NCBI GenBank assembly: GCA_051530055.1
Contig: CM121342.1
Location: forward strand, 13,035,480 to 13,099,479
From: Neoechinorhynchus agilis
Lineage: Eukaryota; Animalia; Acanthocephala
DNA length: 64,000 bases
Reading direction: 5' to 3'
A model generated the notes under the pieces. That model was given only the letters and a program-made list of their open reading frames with translations, was not told the origin of the DNA and did no database searches. The position numbers and the translations under genes were made by a program. Shown piece after piece: positions 52,931 through 64,000 of this stretch. The first letter of the stretch is position 1; the number at the start of each line of letters is the position of its first letter.

Positions 52931-53370
52931 TCAATCACATTCCCGGTACTTCACATATCGACATTTTTATGAAAGTAGTGTTAAGGCATTCGATGATACC
53001 ATCCTTACACAGCTTTTTTTTCTAACGTGAATCAATCAAAATCCTCATAGAAATCCAAATAGCTTCAATTTTGTCTTTTTATCGTTTAGTTTTGAGACGC
53101 TTTCTAGCTGTAATTACGAGCATTTTCTAGGTCTTAAACTGTGCCAAATGCGCAGAAATTTCATATGAATTCTGCTGAAATAAGGATAAGCCGAAAAATA
53201 TCTATCATTAAACTGAACACAGAAGAGACAGCATCTTCTTATAAGATGACTCTGACAGCGAAATTTCACACCGATGACTTTTCGACTAAAGATGACTAAG
53301 ACCATTTACAAGTAAGGTGATGAACTAAGAGAACGCGACACCTTTTTGCACTCTCGCCTAAATCAAGATA

Positions 53371-55050
53371 ATGCTAACCGAGAAACTACACGATCGATTG
53401 GAGCATGTCAGTCACAGCATGAGTTCAAAGTCATTCAAGAAACTTTTGTCTAAACATGCCGTGGAGAAAATGGCACTTCAAGAGTGCAATGAGCGGCTGA
53501 AGGCATATGTCCAAAGGGTTCAAGCGCTCGAAAACAGGAACAAAGAGTTAGAGCGTGAACTGAAATCGTACGAAGAAGACGCAGGATTTGAAAGCACCGA
53601 AGATCGAACTCGGTTGGAAAATGAATTAAATGACCTTCGAATAAGGATCGATAAGATGGCTATTGAGAAGGCGGAACTCGGGTGTCAGTTTCAACGAACC
53701 GTCTATAACATAAGTGCATTGAGGAAGAAGATGAACGGGGTTACTATGTTAAACAGCATTAGACATGCGAAACGTGAAACTATTGAGAAAAATATTGACA
53801 ACATGATTGCTGAGATCAGCGATGAAAATGAGGAGCTTAAGGCAGCTAAAAATAAGGGTGCGAAGCAACAGAAGGTACTTGATGAGAATTGGACAATGAT
53901 GAGACAAGCGACGGATAATTTCGATCAGGAAGTGATCGATCGCATTAGGATTGAAAATGATATCCAGACTTTGGAGGAGAGGATCGTATTTCTTAAATCA
54001 CTGAATGATGTGAATCTAAATGTGTCGAATGGGTTCACTACTCCATCCATGGACATTGATTTATTTTATCGTCAAGAATTGCGAAGAATCATCCGAGATA
54101 TTCGGAAAGATTTGAGCGAAATCGCATTGTCCCAACAAAACGATCTAGACGAGTACTATAGAATAAAGACGGATGAACTACATGAAGGGTTTAAGGCAGA
54201 GGAAAGTAGATTGGCTGAGATTAAGGAACAGAGCAAAGGTATTTTTGACGAGCTGACTGGGAATTCAGAAGATGATTTAAAGAAGTTGAATTTGCGACAT
54301 AAAGACCTAACTGAAGAGAATAGTAGACTTCGAAGTGAATTGTCCGAACTTGAGGTCTCTTCTCAAAAGAAAGAAAAGGAATTTGGAGAAGAACTAAGGG
54401 TAATAGAAACTCAGTTTCAGAATGTCGATCGGGAGATCGAAAACATGAAGATAGCACTAAGAAGCATCATTGGAGATAATACCAATATTCATTTTGAAAT
54501 TCAAACTTATGCAAAGCTTTTGGCCTTTGAAGAGATAAGTGCACCTGATCAGCCGAATGAGCGAAAACCGCCGGTGCCATCGACGAAAGCACCGTCAAGC
54601 ACTCTGCCGTTTGTTCAAGACACTAAGGATCCAGGAAACAAATTTGTGTTCTTTGATCAAACAAAGCAAAGAAATGCTAGTTACGTGACCGAGGATAAAA
54701 ACGAAAACTATGACGATGTTGTACTTTCGGAGGTGGATAGTAAAGGAAATTTTATTCGAATTACAAATAAGGGAAATTGGACAAGGAATCTGTCGCATTG
54801 GACAATCGTAAGAAGGGTACATGGACTCGATGAAATCAAATTTACGCTTCCGTCCAATTCGGTCTTGATTCAACCGAGACAATCAGTTAAGATTTTCACT
54901 AAAACTAGCAATTTGATTAATATGGACGCCGAATCGTATAAATTCGATGATGTATATCACTGGGGAACCGGAACTCCTTCGGAAACACTGCTCTATAACG
55001 AGTTGGGTAAAGTAGCTTCAACATTATATCAAACTTTGAGACAAGCATAA
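53371..55050 (+). CDS. Divergent intronless intermediate filament protein with lamin-tail domain
   Basis: LQECNERLKAYVQRVQALE, ENDIQTLEERIVFL, EIQTYAKLLAFEE and LTD (VVLSEVDSKGNFIRITN...W.I.R.V...E..F..P). Confidence 0.9.
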   Translation: MLTEKLHDRLEHVSHSMSSKSFKKLLSKHAVEKMALQECNERLKAYVQRVQALENRNKELERELKSYEEDAGFESTEDRTRLENELNDLRIRIDKMAIEKAELGCQFQRTVYNISALRKKMNGVTMLNSIRHAKRETIEKNIDNMIAEISDENEELKAAKNKGAKQQKVLDENWTMMRQATDNFDQEVIDRIRIENDIQTLEERIVFLKSLNDVNLNVSNGFTTPSMDIDLFYRQELRRIIRDIRKDLSEIALSQQNDLDEYYRIKTDELHEGFKAEESRLAEIKEQSKGIFDELTGNSEDDLKKLNLRHKDLTEENSRLRSELSELEVSSQKKEKEFGEELRVIETQFQNVDREIENMKIALRSIIGDNTNIHFEIQTYAKLLAFEEISAPDQPNERKPPVPSTKAPSSTLPFVQDTKDPGNKFVFFDQTKQRNASYVTEDKNENYDDVVLSEVDSKGNFIRITNKGNWTRNLSHWTIVRRVHGLDEIKFTLPSNSVLIQPRQSVKIFTKTSNLINMDAESYKFDDVYHWGTGTPSETLLYNELGKVASTLYQTLRQA

Positions 55051-55325
55051 AACGAGTTGAAAGAAGATTGTGCCTATTAAAGTAAAGCAAATTTTTTAGC
55101 GAGCATTTAAATAGAAATAGACCAGATAGTTGTATGTTCTCTTTTTATGCAGTGACAAAAACTTATGATCTCTATTTAAGTCGTAACAAGTGGAAAAAGT
55201 CCGTTAAAACATAACTATGCTTCTAAGATAGCGTTTAGGTTGGGGGTTTTATGCAGCCCTGTAGAAATAGTGGGAAAAATTGTTTCTTGGATTGTATTCG
55301 GGGGAATGAAATTATTAATTGTTCT

Positions 55326-55578
55326 GACAACTTTGCTCTTAACCTCCACGATATTGATTTATTGTAAATTTTCGACCGCATGCCGTCAATCTGAGGAGAT
55401 TCCAAGAGATAGCACCAAGCTTACCAACAATAGAGGAAGTGGCCCCGGGTACCTAAGTTCAGTAATGTAAGCACCATTTAATCTAAAACGCATATTATAG
55501 ATGTCTGAAGAGGACCGCATGGGGGCGAAAATTTACAATAAATCAATTAATATCGGGGAAGTTAAGAGTAAAGTGGCC
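55326..55578. mobile_element. Inverted pair of PLE-type termini with degenerate hammerheads
   Basis: CTCTTAACCTCC..GATATT..TTTATTGTAAATTTTCGACCGCATGC on the left; its reverse complement with CTGAAGAGGACCGCAT..GAAAATTT on the right. Confidence 0.65.
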
Positions 55579-55908
55579 TGCCATAGAGTCGTAATGTGAA
55601 CCTTAAAGGAGAATGAATTTTCAACGACTTTGAGTCAAGAGGAAGCAAAGACGGAAAATTATTAAAATCTGTGGAAGTGTGCTCTCTTGTAAATTGCTGG
55701 ATTGAGACACCAGTAAAAAATTCTGGATTTAGAGTACCATTAGCACTGCGGACTTTTAATACGAGCTTTAATTCTCGCACTTGCTACAATGCACGCATAT
55801 ATTGGTTGCCTTAAAGATATTGATAAGAAAATTTATGGCTCGATTACGAATCATAGTGGAAAAATGAAGCGTTAAGTCAAAACAGCAAATGCACCATTAT
55901 CTTAAATT

Positions 55909-57535
55909 TGTTTTGTGCGGACACCCAGACGTTTTTTATTATGCAAATTTTCGGAGAGCAAAGTATCCCTCTTCAGGCTTTTGGTCATCTGAAAAAATTA
56001 GTCTTGAGGATCTCTTTTAAAAAATGCCTCTTGCCCGGTTGCATCCTGGATCCTGGACCATGTTTTAACCTCTTCCGGCTGCAACATAAGCGTGACATTA
56101 CTTTTGTTGCCCTCCATAAGGTGGTCTTCTTTTTTAATCATCAGGGCTTCCATTGTCAACCTCCTCTCCAGGTTTTCTTCCTGCACTAGCATCCTGGCGC
56201 CCTCAAAATTGACATCGTGGTCGTGTATGGAGATATGGTTGAAAATCGCTGACGCGGTGTCTCCTTTTCGCACGTTATATTTGTGATATTATGGAAAGCC
56301 TTTTTTTCCAACACCCTCATGTTTATTCCAGATTTATTATCGAACGGAAAATGGGTGTTTTATTTGTTTATTGCTTCAAATTTTCGACGCCTTGCGTCTT
56401 CGTCAGGAAGCTTTTCTTCGGTTGTCTGAAAAGGAATCAGAGGTTCCTAGGGTCTTCGTTAAGGACGATGAACACATCATCTACATAACGTATCCATTCC
56501 TTGATTTGGGGTATCCTATCTTTTATCTTCTCCTCCCATTTCCTCATGTAGATGTCCGCGAGCGCCGGTGCTATCGGTGACCCCATAGCGACTCCATCTA
56601 TTTGTTCAAAGACCCTTCCTTCAAAAGTATTTTGGAAAGGCTGAACGAAGTAGACCCAAGCATAAAGTGGACCATTCAATTTGAGGAAAACAGGAGAATT
56701 CCATTTCTAGACGTGATGGTAAATCGAGGAAAAAGAAGAATAAACACAAGCCTCTATAGAAAGGAACATTTGAGTTGGCGATGCCCACATTGGAGAAGCC
56801 ACAAATCAAGGACATACAAAATATTGGCAAGGATATCCTAACCAATCTATCAAACAAGCCAGGATGAAGATGTGGGGAACTATCAAAAAAGGAGATCAAA
56901 AGGAATGCGTAAAAGAAAACTCGATATGGTTGGGAGGCCGCTTCATTAGCGACGTATGCACGGCGAACGTTAGGAAGGCAACCCAGGGGATTCCTTGTAG
57001 GTTTTATACCAAAGCTGGTGGAACTCTTGCGGGGTACTTCAAGAGGAAGCCAGAAAGGAAGCACGACGCAGGGGTATACGGCATACCGTGTAAAGATTGC
57101 AATGCGGTCTATATAGGTCAGACCATCCAGGGACTGAAGAAACGCATTCAACAGCACAAATATAACGTGCGAAAAGGAGACACCGCGTCAGCGATTTTCA
57201 ACCATATCTCCATACACGACCACGAGGTCAATTTTGAGGGCGCCAGGATGCTTGCTAGTGCAGGAAGAAAACTTGGAGAGGAGGTTGACAATGGAAGCCC
57301 TGATGATTAAAAAAGAAGACCACCTTATGGAGGGCAACAAAAGTAATGTCACGCTTATGTTGCAGCCGGAAGAGGTTAAAACATGGTCCAGGATCCAGGA
57401 TGCAACCGGGCAAGAGGCATTTTTTAAAAGAGATTCTCAAGACAATAATTTTTTCAGATGACCAAAAGCCTGAAGAGGGAGACTTTGCTCTCCGAAAATT
57501 TGCATAATAAAAAACGTCTGGGTGTCCGCACAAAA
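55909..57535. mobile_element. Second Penelope family: truncated, RT core inverted, pLTRs facing outward
   Basis: Minus strand: GVAMGSPIAP and WIRYVDD (56440-56630). Plus strand: SIKWTIQFEE..IPFLDV and GIY-YIG AGVYGIPCKDC..VYIGQT. 55909-56283 is the reverse complement of ~57160-57535. Hammerhead-like motif at 57470-57501. Confidence 0.9.
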
Positions 57536-58403
57536 AAAATCTCGTTTCACCCAACAGTAATAATGAATGACATTATTTTAAATATGAACACAATATATAC
57601 ACGCTAATCCCGGATATCGACCATTGGATCAGTTCTTTCGCATGTGATCTTTATTTCCTAAAATGACATTTCATCGTTGTCGGAGACTAAATTCTCTAAA
57701 ATGAGAAGCAAAGTGATTTATTGCACCACGAGCCATTTAGGCTTACATGATATTTGCCTTAGGTTACCAAAGTTGTCCAATTGTAACACTGATTCGTGAT
57801 TTGGGAAATAAAATCGGCAAAGGATACTTCCTATAAAGCAGCGACTGTCTTAAAAGGATGGGATGTAAGGGGGATTATTAGTAAAAAGAGGAAGTATGAA
57901 GTCATCAGAAAAACAATATTCTGTGTACATTCACAAAAGGATATTTAAGAAAATAAAAACTTCCTAATCAATATTGTGGAAGTGTTTTATTTTGCACCTA
58001 AAATTCATATTTTATCCGTTTTTCTGCAGCGCGTAATCTTCGTGTTTGTACCGTGTTTAGCAAGTGAATCAAGCAAGTCAAACGCCACCTTTTGACCCCT
58101 TCATAGCGATGTCACTGATGTTAAAGTGTGAAGAAATTACTCATTCAGGTCACATGAGAAGAAGAGTAGAAAAGCTCTCATTTTTCGCAGTACATTAAAC
58201 GCCGAAAAAAAGGTATCTTGGGTCCGTGCACCTCACAAAATGAGGACATCGTCCATTTGTTTATTTAATACTCCTCGCCGAAGCAAACGAAAATACGAAG
58301 AAATAGTACAAATCGAAAATCTACTATAATCGATTAAAGTGATTTCAATGACAATTCCGCACACCACAATGATGATCAAAGAGATACGGACGGGGCGCAG
58401 AAA

Positions 58404-58730
58404 AGATCACATTTCCTTTTCGCTTACGAACATTCGACTTGAAGGCATTTCGGTCCATCTAAGAAAACAGACACAAATGTTCCATAGATCACATTTTTTG
58501 TTCTCTTACGAACATTCAACTTGAAGGCCTTTAAGTCCATCTAAGAAAATGGACACAAATGTTTCTTAGATCAGATTTTTTGTGTTCTCTTACGAACATT
58601 CGACTTGAAAGCATTTGAGTCCATCTAAAAAACGGACACAAATGTTCCTTAGATCAGATTTTTTGTGTTCTCTTACGAACATTCGACTTGAAAGCATTTG
58701 ACTCCATCTAAAAAACGGACACAAATGTTT
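58404..58730 (+). repeat. ~83 bp minisatellite, four units
   Basis: TTACGAACATTC recurs at 58424, 58506, 58590 and 58673. Confidence 0.9.
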
Positions 58731-59079
58731 GTTGAACTAGACATGCGTTTTTTTCTTCGGATTTGAGCTAACCTATAGAAACGTTATTTGTATTAAAAGT
58801 CCGAGCAGTTGACTAATTCTTTTCATTGGTTTTTGATTAAAACGGTGGCCGTTTAAATTTCTTAGAAAATGTTAAAATCTTTTTTTATTAAAAGATTTCG
58901 CGATCAACGTTTGGGTTGCACGCGCACACACACAATGAGTGCGTGTGGTGATGAGTTCGATCCACGGGCTATTTTCTAGACCGATGGATTGAGGACAAAT
59001 CACACCCACATTTTCTGTGAGAACATCTAACAAGCTCACTCGGTCAACGACAAACACTCATGTATGCCCCTCTCGTTTT

Positions 59080-61357
59080 TTAGGACGATGATGCGTACAC
59101 TGTGCGCTGCACGTGAGTGGCTTTTTCGTCGCCCTGATCATTTACGAGTCTCGTAGAAACACTGACTCCTACACCCCAAGTCTCGATCGCATTATTAACC
59201 AGGTCTCCTCCAGCGAAACGTCCGTTGCGTTGACCACCAGAAGCCCAAATTCTCAACATTCGACTATTGTTAAGCATTTGTCCATAGGGAAACTGATAAA
59301 CAATCTCCGGATTCTGATCTACCTTCCGATACAACTTCCATCCACTCAACTCAATGTCTTTGTTCTTGCTGGTGTTCTCCAAAGTTATCAATCGACCATC
59401 AGGTGAACATTCCGCGATACTCACAGGACCTTTTGCACTGCGTTGGTAAGTAGTCTTCGCTTGCATCTCAGTTTGAGCAGGAGGCTTTGGTGGTTGAGAC
59501 GGTGAACTCTTAGTCGTTGTGATATGTTGCTGCTCGTGAATGTACGATGAAGCGGTTGCTGAAGGAGACTGAAAGGAGCGTTGCTTATAGCTACTCCCAT
59601 TTAAAAGAGAAGACGATCCAATGCTTTGGTACAGACCTCCATCACCGGCGGCCATCGCCATTTTGCTTACATGAGCTTCTTCACCTTCAAGCAATCGACG
59701 GTATGTGTTAATCTCGAATTCAAGGCTCGTCTTATTTGCTACTATCTCGTCGTATTGGGCGAACATGTCAGCTAGTCGGGCGCGGAGATCAGCAATCTCG
59801 CGATCGCGCTCATCTATAAATGCAGTTCTCCACACAAAATAGAACCAAATGTTCGAGATTTTAAGGTTACTTTTGCCAGCGACAGAACAAGATTTGGGTA
59901 AAGAGGCTTACTTTCAAAATTGTGTCGACTTTTTCTTCCCACGAGTAATTTGTGTAGCAAATAAAGCGATCTAATTCCAATTGAATCCATTGTCCAAAAA
60001 TTAACGAGCTTATTTGGCCCCTAATTTCCTTAAGTTGAACAATATAGGTTTTAAAGTTAAGACAACACTTTCGAGCATTGGTTGTGCTCCAAATATTTAA
60101 ATAAGTATTCACATTTGGCAAGATGGAACAACGTGATATTTCGTTCGATATAGCGAAGTTATTGGAAGTCAGTAGCAAGGATACTTAAGATGGCAATAAT
60201 TTCTAGTCTAGTAATTAAATCAGTATAATAGCAAACGTATTAAAGTCTTGGTAAGAATTTCCCCCAATAAAGGACTGCATAGCTACAGCAATCAAATTAG
60301 TTCTTCGGACCTCCTCGAGATCTCCTTCCAGACTAGACAAGATTCCAGTGAGGTGCCCGCACTCTTGTTGAAGTTCATTGATTTCAGTTTTTGATTGTGT
60401 GATTGAAGTCCGCAACTGATGAACATCCTGCGCGTTTGCGTCACCTGCTGCGGCCGCTTTCTGTTGAAGTTCCACTCGTTCCTGTTCCTGCCGGCGTACT
60501 TCATCTGTCTTTATTCTGTAGTACTCCTCTAGTTCAGTTCGTTGTGCTTGAGATAATTGAGCAAAATCTGAGCGAATTTCTTTGATTGCTCTCTGTAGTT
60601 CTGAACGATAGAACGCACTAGGGTCCAGATAGGCTCCTGTCTGAAGGCTTCTTAGTTCTGCGATTTCTTCTTCATGAAGAGCATTAAGGAAAGGGATTTG
60701 TTCTTCGAGAGTTTGTTTCTCATTTTCGACTTGAACGCGCTGAACGGTCTCTGCGTCGAGTTCTCGAAGAAGAACAGTAAGTTGATCTGTGAGGCGGTTA
60801 AGTTCAGTTCGCTGTCGTTGTCGTTCATTGTCCATATCACGGAGTTGTGATCTTAAACACTCTAGTTCTACATCATTATCACGTAGAGTTCGTTCTAGAT
60901 GTTCAACCTTGACTCGATCACCGTTGATCCATTGTTGGACATCATCAGTAAGTTGACGGTACGTTTGTGCATCGTATGCGGCCCGCTTTGCTCGGATTTC
61001 GCATTTCGCCTTTTCACTAGTTACCAGATCGAGTTTATCTCTTATGTCTGAAAGGGCAGGTTCATATTCTCGTCTTAGACGTTCAGTGTCTAAAGAATAT
61101 CCGGATCGAAGTTCGTCTAACTCTGACTGGAGTTTCTTGTTTTGGTTTTCAAGATATTTTACGCGTTGGATATATGCGGCAAATCGGTCATTGAGGCGAG
61201 CTAGTTCTTGTTTCTCGTGATCCCGCTGTTCTCGAATCACATTGAGAGAAGCAGGTGAGGGTTCGGTTGCACCGGCCCGTCGGAATCCATGTTCGACTGC
61301 TGTGCGTCGGATTATAGTGGTTCCAGTTTGATCAGTCGTTGATGGAGGAGGAGACAT
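59080..61357 (-). CDS. Cytoplasmic intermediate filament protein (long coil 1b, lamin-tail domain); its only intron is non-canonical (59815-60283)
   Basis: EKQELARLNDRFAAYIQRVKYLE, ENEKQTLEEQIPFL, EFEINTYRRLLEGEE, AKGPVSIAECSPDG..I.LEN. Start placed at MSPPP; the upstream frame stays open to 61579. Confidence 0.93.
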
Positions 61358-62423
61358 CTGAACCAAGTGGATAAAAGGAAAGACTATCTGAGCGAAGATT
61401 CTGCTCCTCGCTGTATTTGTTCCATGCCGAAGAGACGTGAGTGCGTTATGGAATGCGCGATGGAATCCAGATGCGTGTGAGTGATGCCATGAGCGAGCTC
61501 CCTCTTTGTGGAGGTGTGCGAATGCATCAGAATGTCTCTGTCGAGACGACGATGTCGCGGACCGCAGTCGAGATAACACCTACTAAAAGCACCGTAAATA
61601 GGACCCAAAGGCGAAGAATCGGCAGAACGTGCGCGGCGGCGCTTCAAACGACATATTTGCATAACCCTGCACCGCTTCTTCTGCTTAACCCGCACTCTCT
61701 TGAACCTTAACCGCAGCGCAATACCACACAGAATGAGAGAGTGAGAGCGAAAGAAGACAAAAGAGATGCGTGCGTGGCAATGGTCCGATGAACGACACGG
61801 AAGAAATGGACCAGCAATGAACAGGCTGAAAACGATACCGGTTCGGTGTAGGTCACTGGCGAGAAAAAAAGAAACTCACCACCTATATTTTGGTGTACAC
61901 AATCAGTTAAAACATCGAACAACAATAACTCAGTTGTAAATTTATGTGCATCCTTTTAATTGGCTGAAACCAAAACTCGCAGTTAACGTTATTGGCTAAA
62001 GATGCATCCAATCAAATTGCAAACATTAAGCGAAAAAAATTCATCCGAGATTATAAGAAAAAACGCGACAATATGTAGTCCGAGTTATCTATGAAGTAAC
62101 TAAAATCGACATTCAACTGTTTTCAGACCCGAAATTTCTATGGTATTATTCAAATGTTAAGCCACTATTGACCGTCTGCGCGATATCGTCTTAGCGATTT
62201 AATATTGCCCTGAAGAACGGAAATGCAGTCGAAAGTACGCACTTGCAAACTGTCACAAAGATTGATTGTGGCAGAATGGCATGAGACGAGGTGTCAAACA
62301 AGAGTGGAAATTCCTTCTGTATTCAATGTTTCTTAAAATTCCAATTTTCGAACTGCGCGTGAATCTCTGGACGAAAGTAGATGGGATCGATCAGAAAGTT
62401 AAGACATTGCATTTGTAGGAGTC

Positions 62424-63793
62424 ATGTTTTCAGCAGGGAAATACAAGCCCTCATGTGAAGCAAGACATCAAATGAAGCGTTTTGTCGATCCTCCGTCATA
62501 ATTTAAAATTTCAGATGAACGACGAGGTAGTGGTGGAGGCCCGCATCTTCGTCTGCGACCTCATCCTTTCAAGTCTAACTCAGTCTCGGAATCTTTCATT
62601 GGCCCAGACTTGTAAGCATCAGATGCGATTGGTTCTTGGATGGGGAAAATGTCATGGGAAGAACCATAGCGAGTAGACATCTTTTGATATCGCTGCTTGA
62701 CGAAATAGTAGATGCGAACACATTCACTAGTTTTGTCTATAATACGCTCCACTATAAACCAACGACAAGAGATTTGGCATCAAGCATGAGGAATTTGTTT
62801 ATGGCAGCTGGATCCCGCCACGTTGAATTCATCGATAAAGCCATTATTGATGCATCCACGTGTGGGCGGATTGGGAGGGAAATTGTAGAGCAGCTTGTGT
62901 CAACGGTGAATATTATGCCAGCGGAGCGACGGTCGATTCCATCCAATCGATTGATGTCTCACGAACTGTTCGAATCGATCTTTGAATCAACAGACGTTGA
63001 ATCACTTGATGAAAAAGCTCCAGCTTCAGTCAATCTGCCAGTGAATGAATCATGTTCACTGGGCAGCAAACAGCCTACAGTACAACTGCCGTCTTCAACG
63101 AGTCCCTTGTGTTATCCATTCAGCGCCCCGCCGCCGATAAACGACACAACTACCCAAGAAACAAATAAAACTAGTTCCATCAAGAAACATCTTCGGTGGC
63201 TAATTGATCAAAATCAATTTAGTCTAAAAATCGAAAATGGCGCATTGGAGGCGATAGAGAATGAAGTGAACGCGTTTATTCGTCGGAGCATTAATGGTGC
63301 CTATAGGAATGCACTGGACCGCACTGATTATGAAATGGAGCAGAACTCGTCGTATCCGGAACTGAGTAGGACCGACGTACTCATTTACTGCGAAAGTCGA
63401 CAAAAACGCCGAAATCACGACCAACGACAGTTCGGATCAACGATCAGTTTTAGCGAAATATCAAGAAAACACACAAAGCAATGTGAACAGCATAAAAAGG
63501 ACGCACTGACACGTAAAGCAACGGACGCTCTCGCAATGGCGGAGATCGCCAAAAGCTACGCTTTGCGACCTAAATACAATCCTGCAGCTAATTTCGCTGA
63601 ACAATCTCAAGATAGTCAGAGTGATATTGCGTTCGAGAACCAATCGGTTGATGAGAATCCAGTTTCGATTCTACGCATTCATATGAACGCTGATGATCTA
63701 ATTGAGTATTATTCTCATGGAGCGAAGAATGTCGCCATAAATATTCCTGGAATGGATGCCATAATTGCAAGATTTAAGGAAAGGTCTAAGTGA
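62424..63793 (+). CDS. TAF4: TAF4-like TFIID subunit (TAFH/NHR1 domain + histone fold); 5' exons uncertain
   Basis: LLISLLDEIVDANTFTSFVYNTLHYKP resembles the TAFH block LVQNLLDGKIEAEDFTSRLYRELNSSP. Histone-fold segment, A.DAL...I and IRIHMN.DDLI.Y C-terminus. Confidence 0.65.
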
Positions 63794-64000
63794 GTTAGTG
63801 AGTTAAATTCGTAATCGAACCCCGGCTTAAATGTGTGCCAAAATGGTTGATGCACCTCCCAGAATACAGTTGCAGGGAAATCGACTTAGGATTAAGAAAC
63901 GGCTCAAGTATTTTCGGGTTGTAACAAACGGTTGCCAACCTCTTACACAATAAGTTTTAAATTTAAGGGTTATTTTCAACCAGAAGCTCTTGTGCAGTTC

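Noticed and set aside
57790-58090. Patchy similarity to 760-870 and 1540-1680
   Set aside because: Probably an old dispersed repeat, but too degenerate to bound or classify by eye.
58404-58730. CRISPR-like array
   Set aside because: Units are fully repeated with no unique spacers and the context is eukaryotic; this is an ordinary minisatellite.
14741-62616. Explaining the nine segments as U12 (AT-AC) introns or uniformly as Fritillaria-type AG-AC/AG-AT introns
   Set aside because: No U12 donor (RTATCCTT) is present. AG..AC/AT boundaries can be slid into place for only some cases (PMPCB twice, the kinase, PSTK with an extra Asp) and fail for DNM1L, NAT9, the IF gene and RanBP-like, whereas the pairing register fits all nine.

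Overview
Gene-dense, AT-rich eukaryotic DNA from a compact metazoan genome. Protostome-type intermediate filament proteins with a lamin-tail domain suggest a spiralian; this is inference. Most introns are ordinary 35-60 nt GT-AG. Genes: three atypical dual-specificity phosphatases (one inside a ~2.9 kb segmental duplication), a TSSK kinase, RPAP1, PSTK, MPP-beta, DNLZ, COA3, a BAF-like protein, a RanBP9/10-like protein, NAT9, DRP1/DNM1L, an LRR protein, two Mps1/TTK-like kinases, two intermediate filament genes and TAF4-like. Mobile DNA: CRE-clade non-LTR elements, 3' remnants of a CR1/L2-like LINE, Penelope-like elements (PLEs) with minimal hammerhead ribozymes, often as outward-facing palindromes, and a tRNA-headed SINE with a hammerhead-like fold. 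Main result: eight genes are interrupted by nine 46-615 nt segments whose homology-predicted junctions are not GT-AG. All nine have base-paired ends in the same register (intron +i pairs with -(i+2), typically +3 with -5), and cutting by that rule restores the reading frame and, where alignable, the conserved residues. This resembles euglenid-type nonconventional stem-loop introns, or precisely excised DNA elements, in an animal. It is inferred from DNA only; there is no transcript evidence here.
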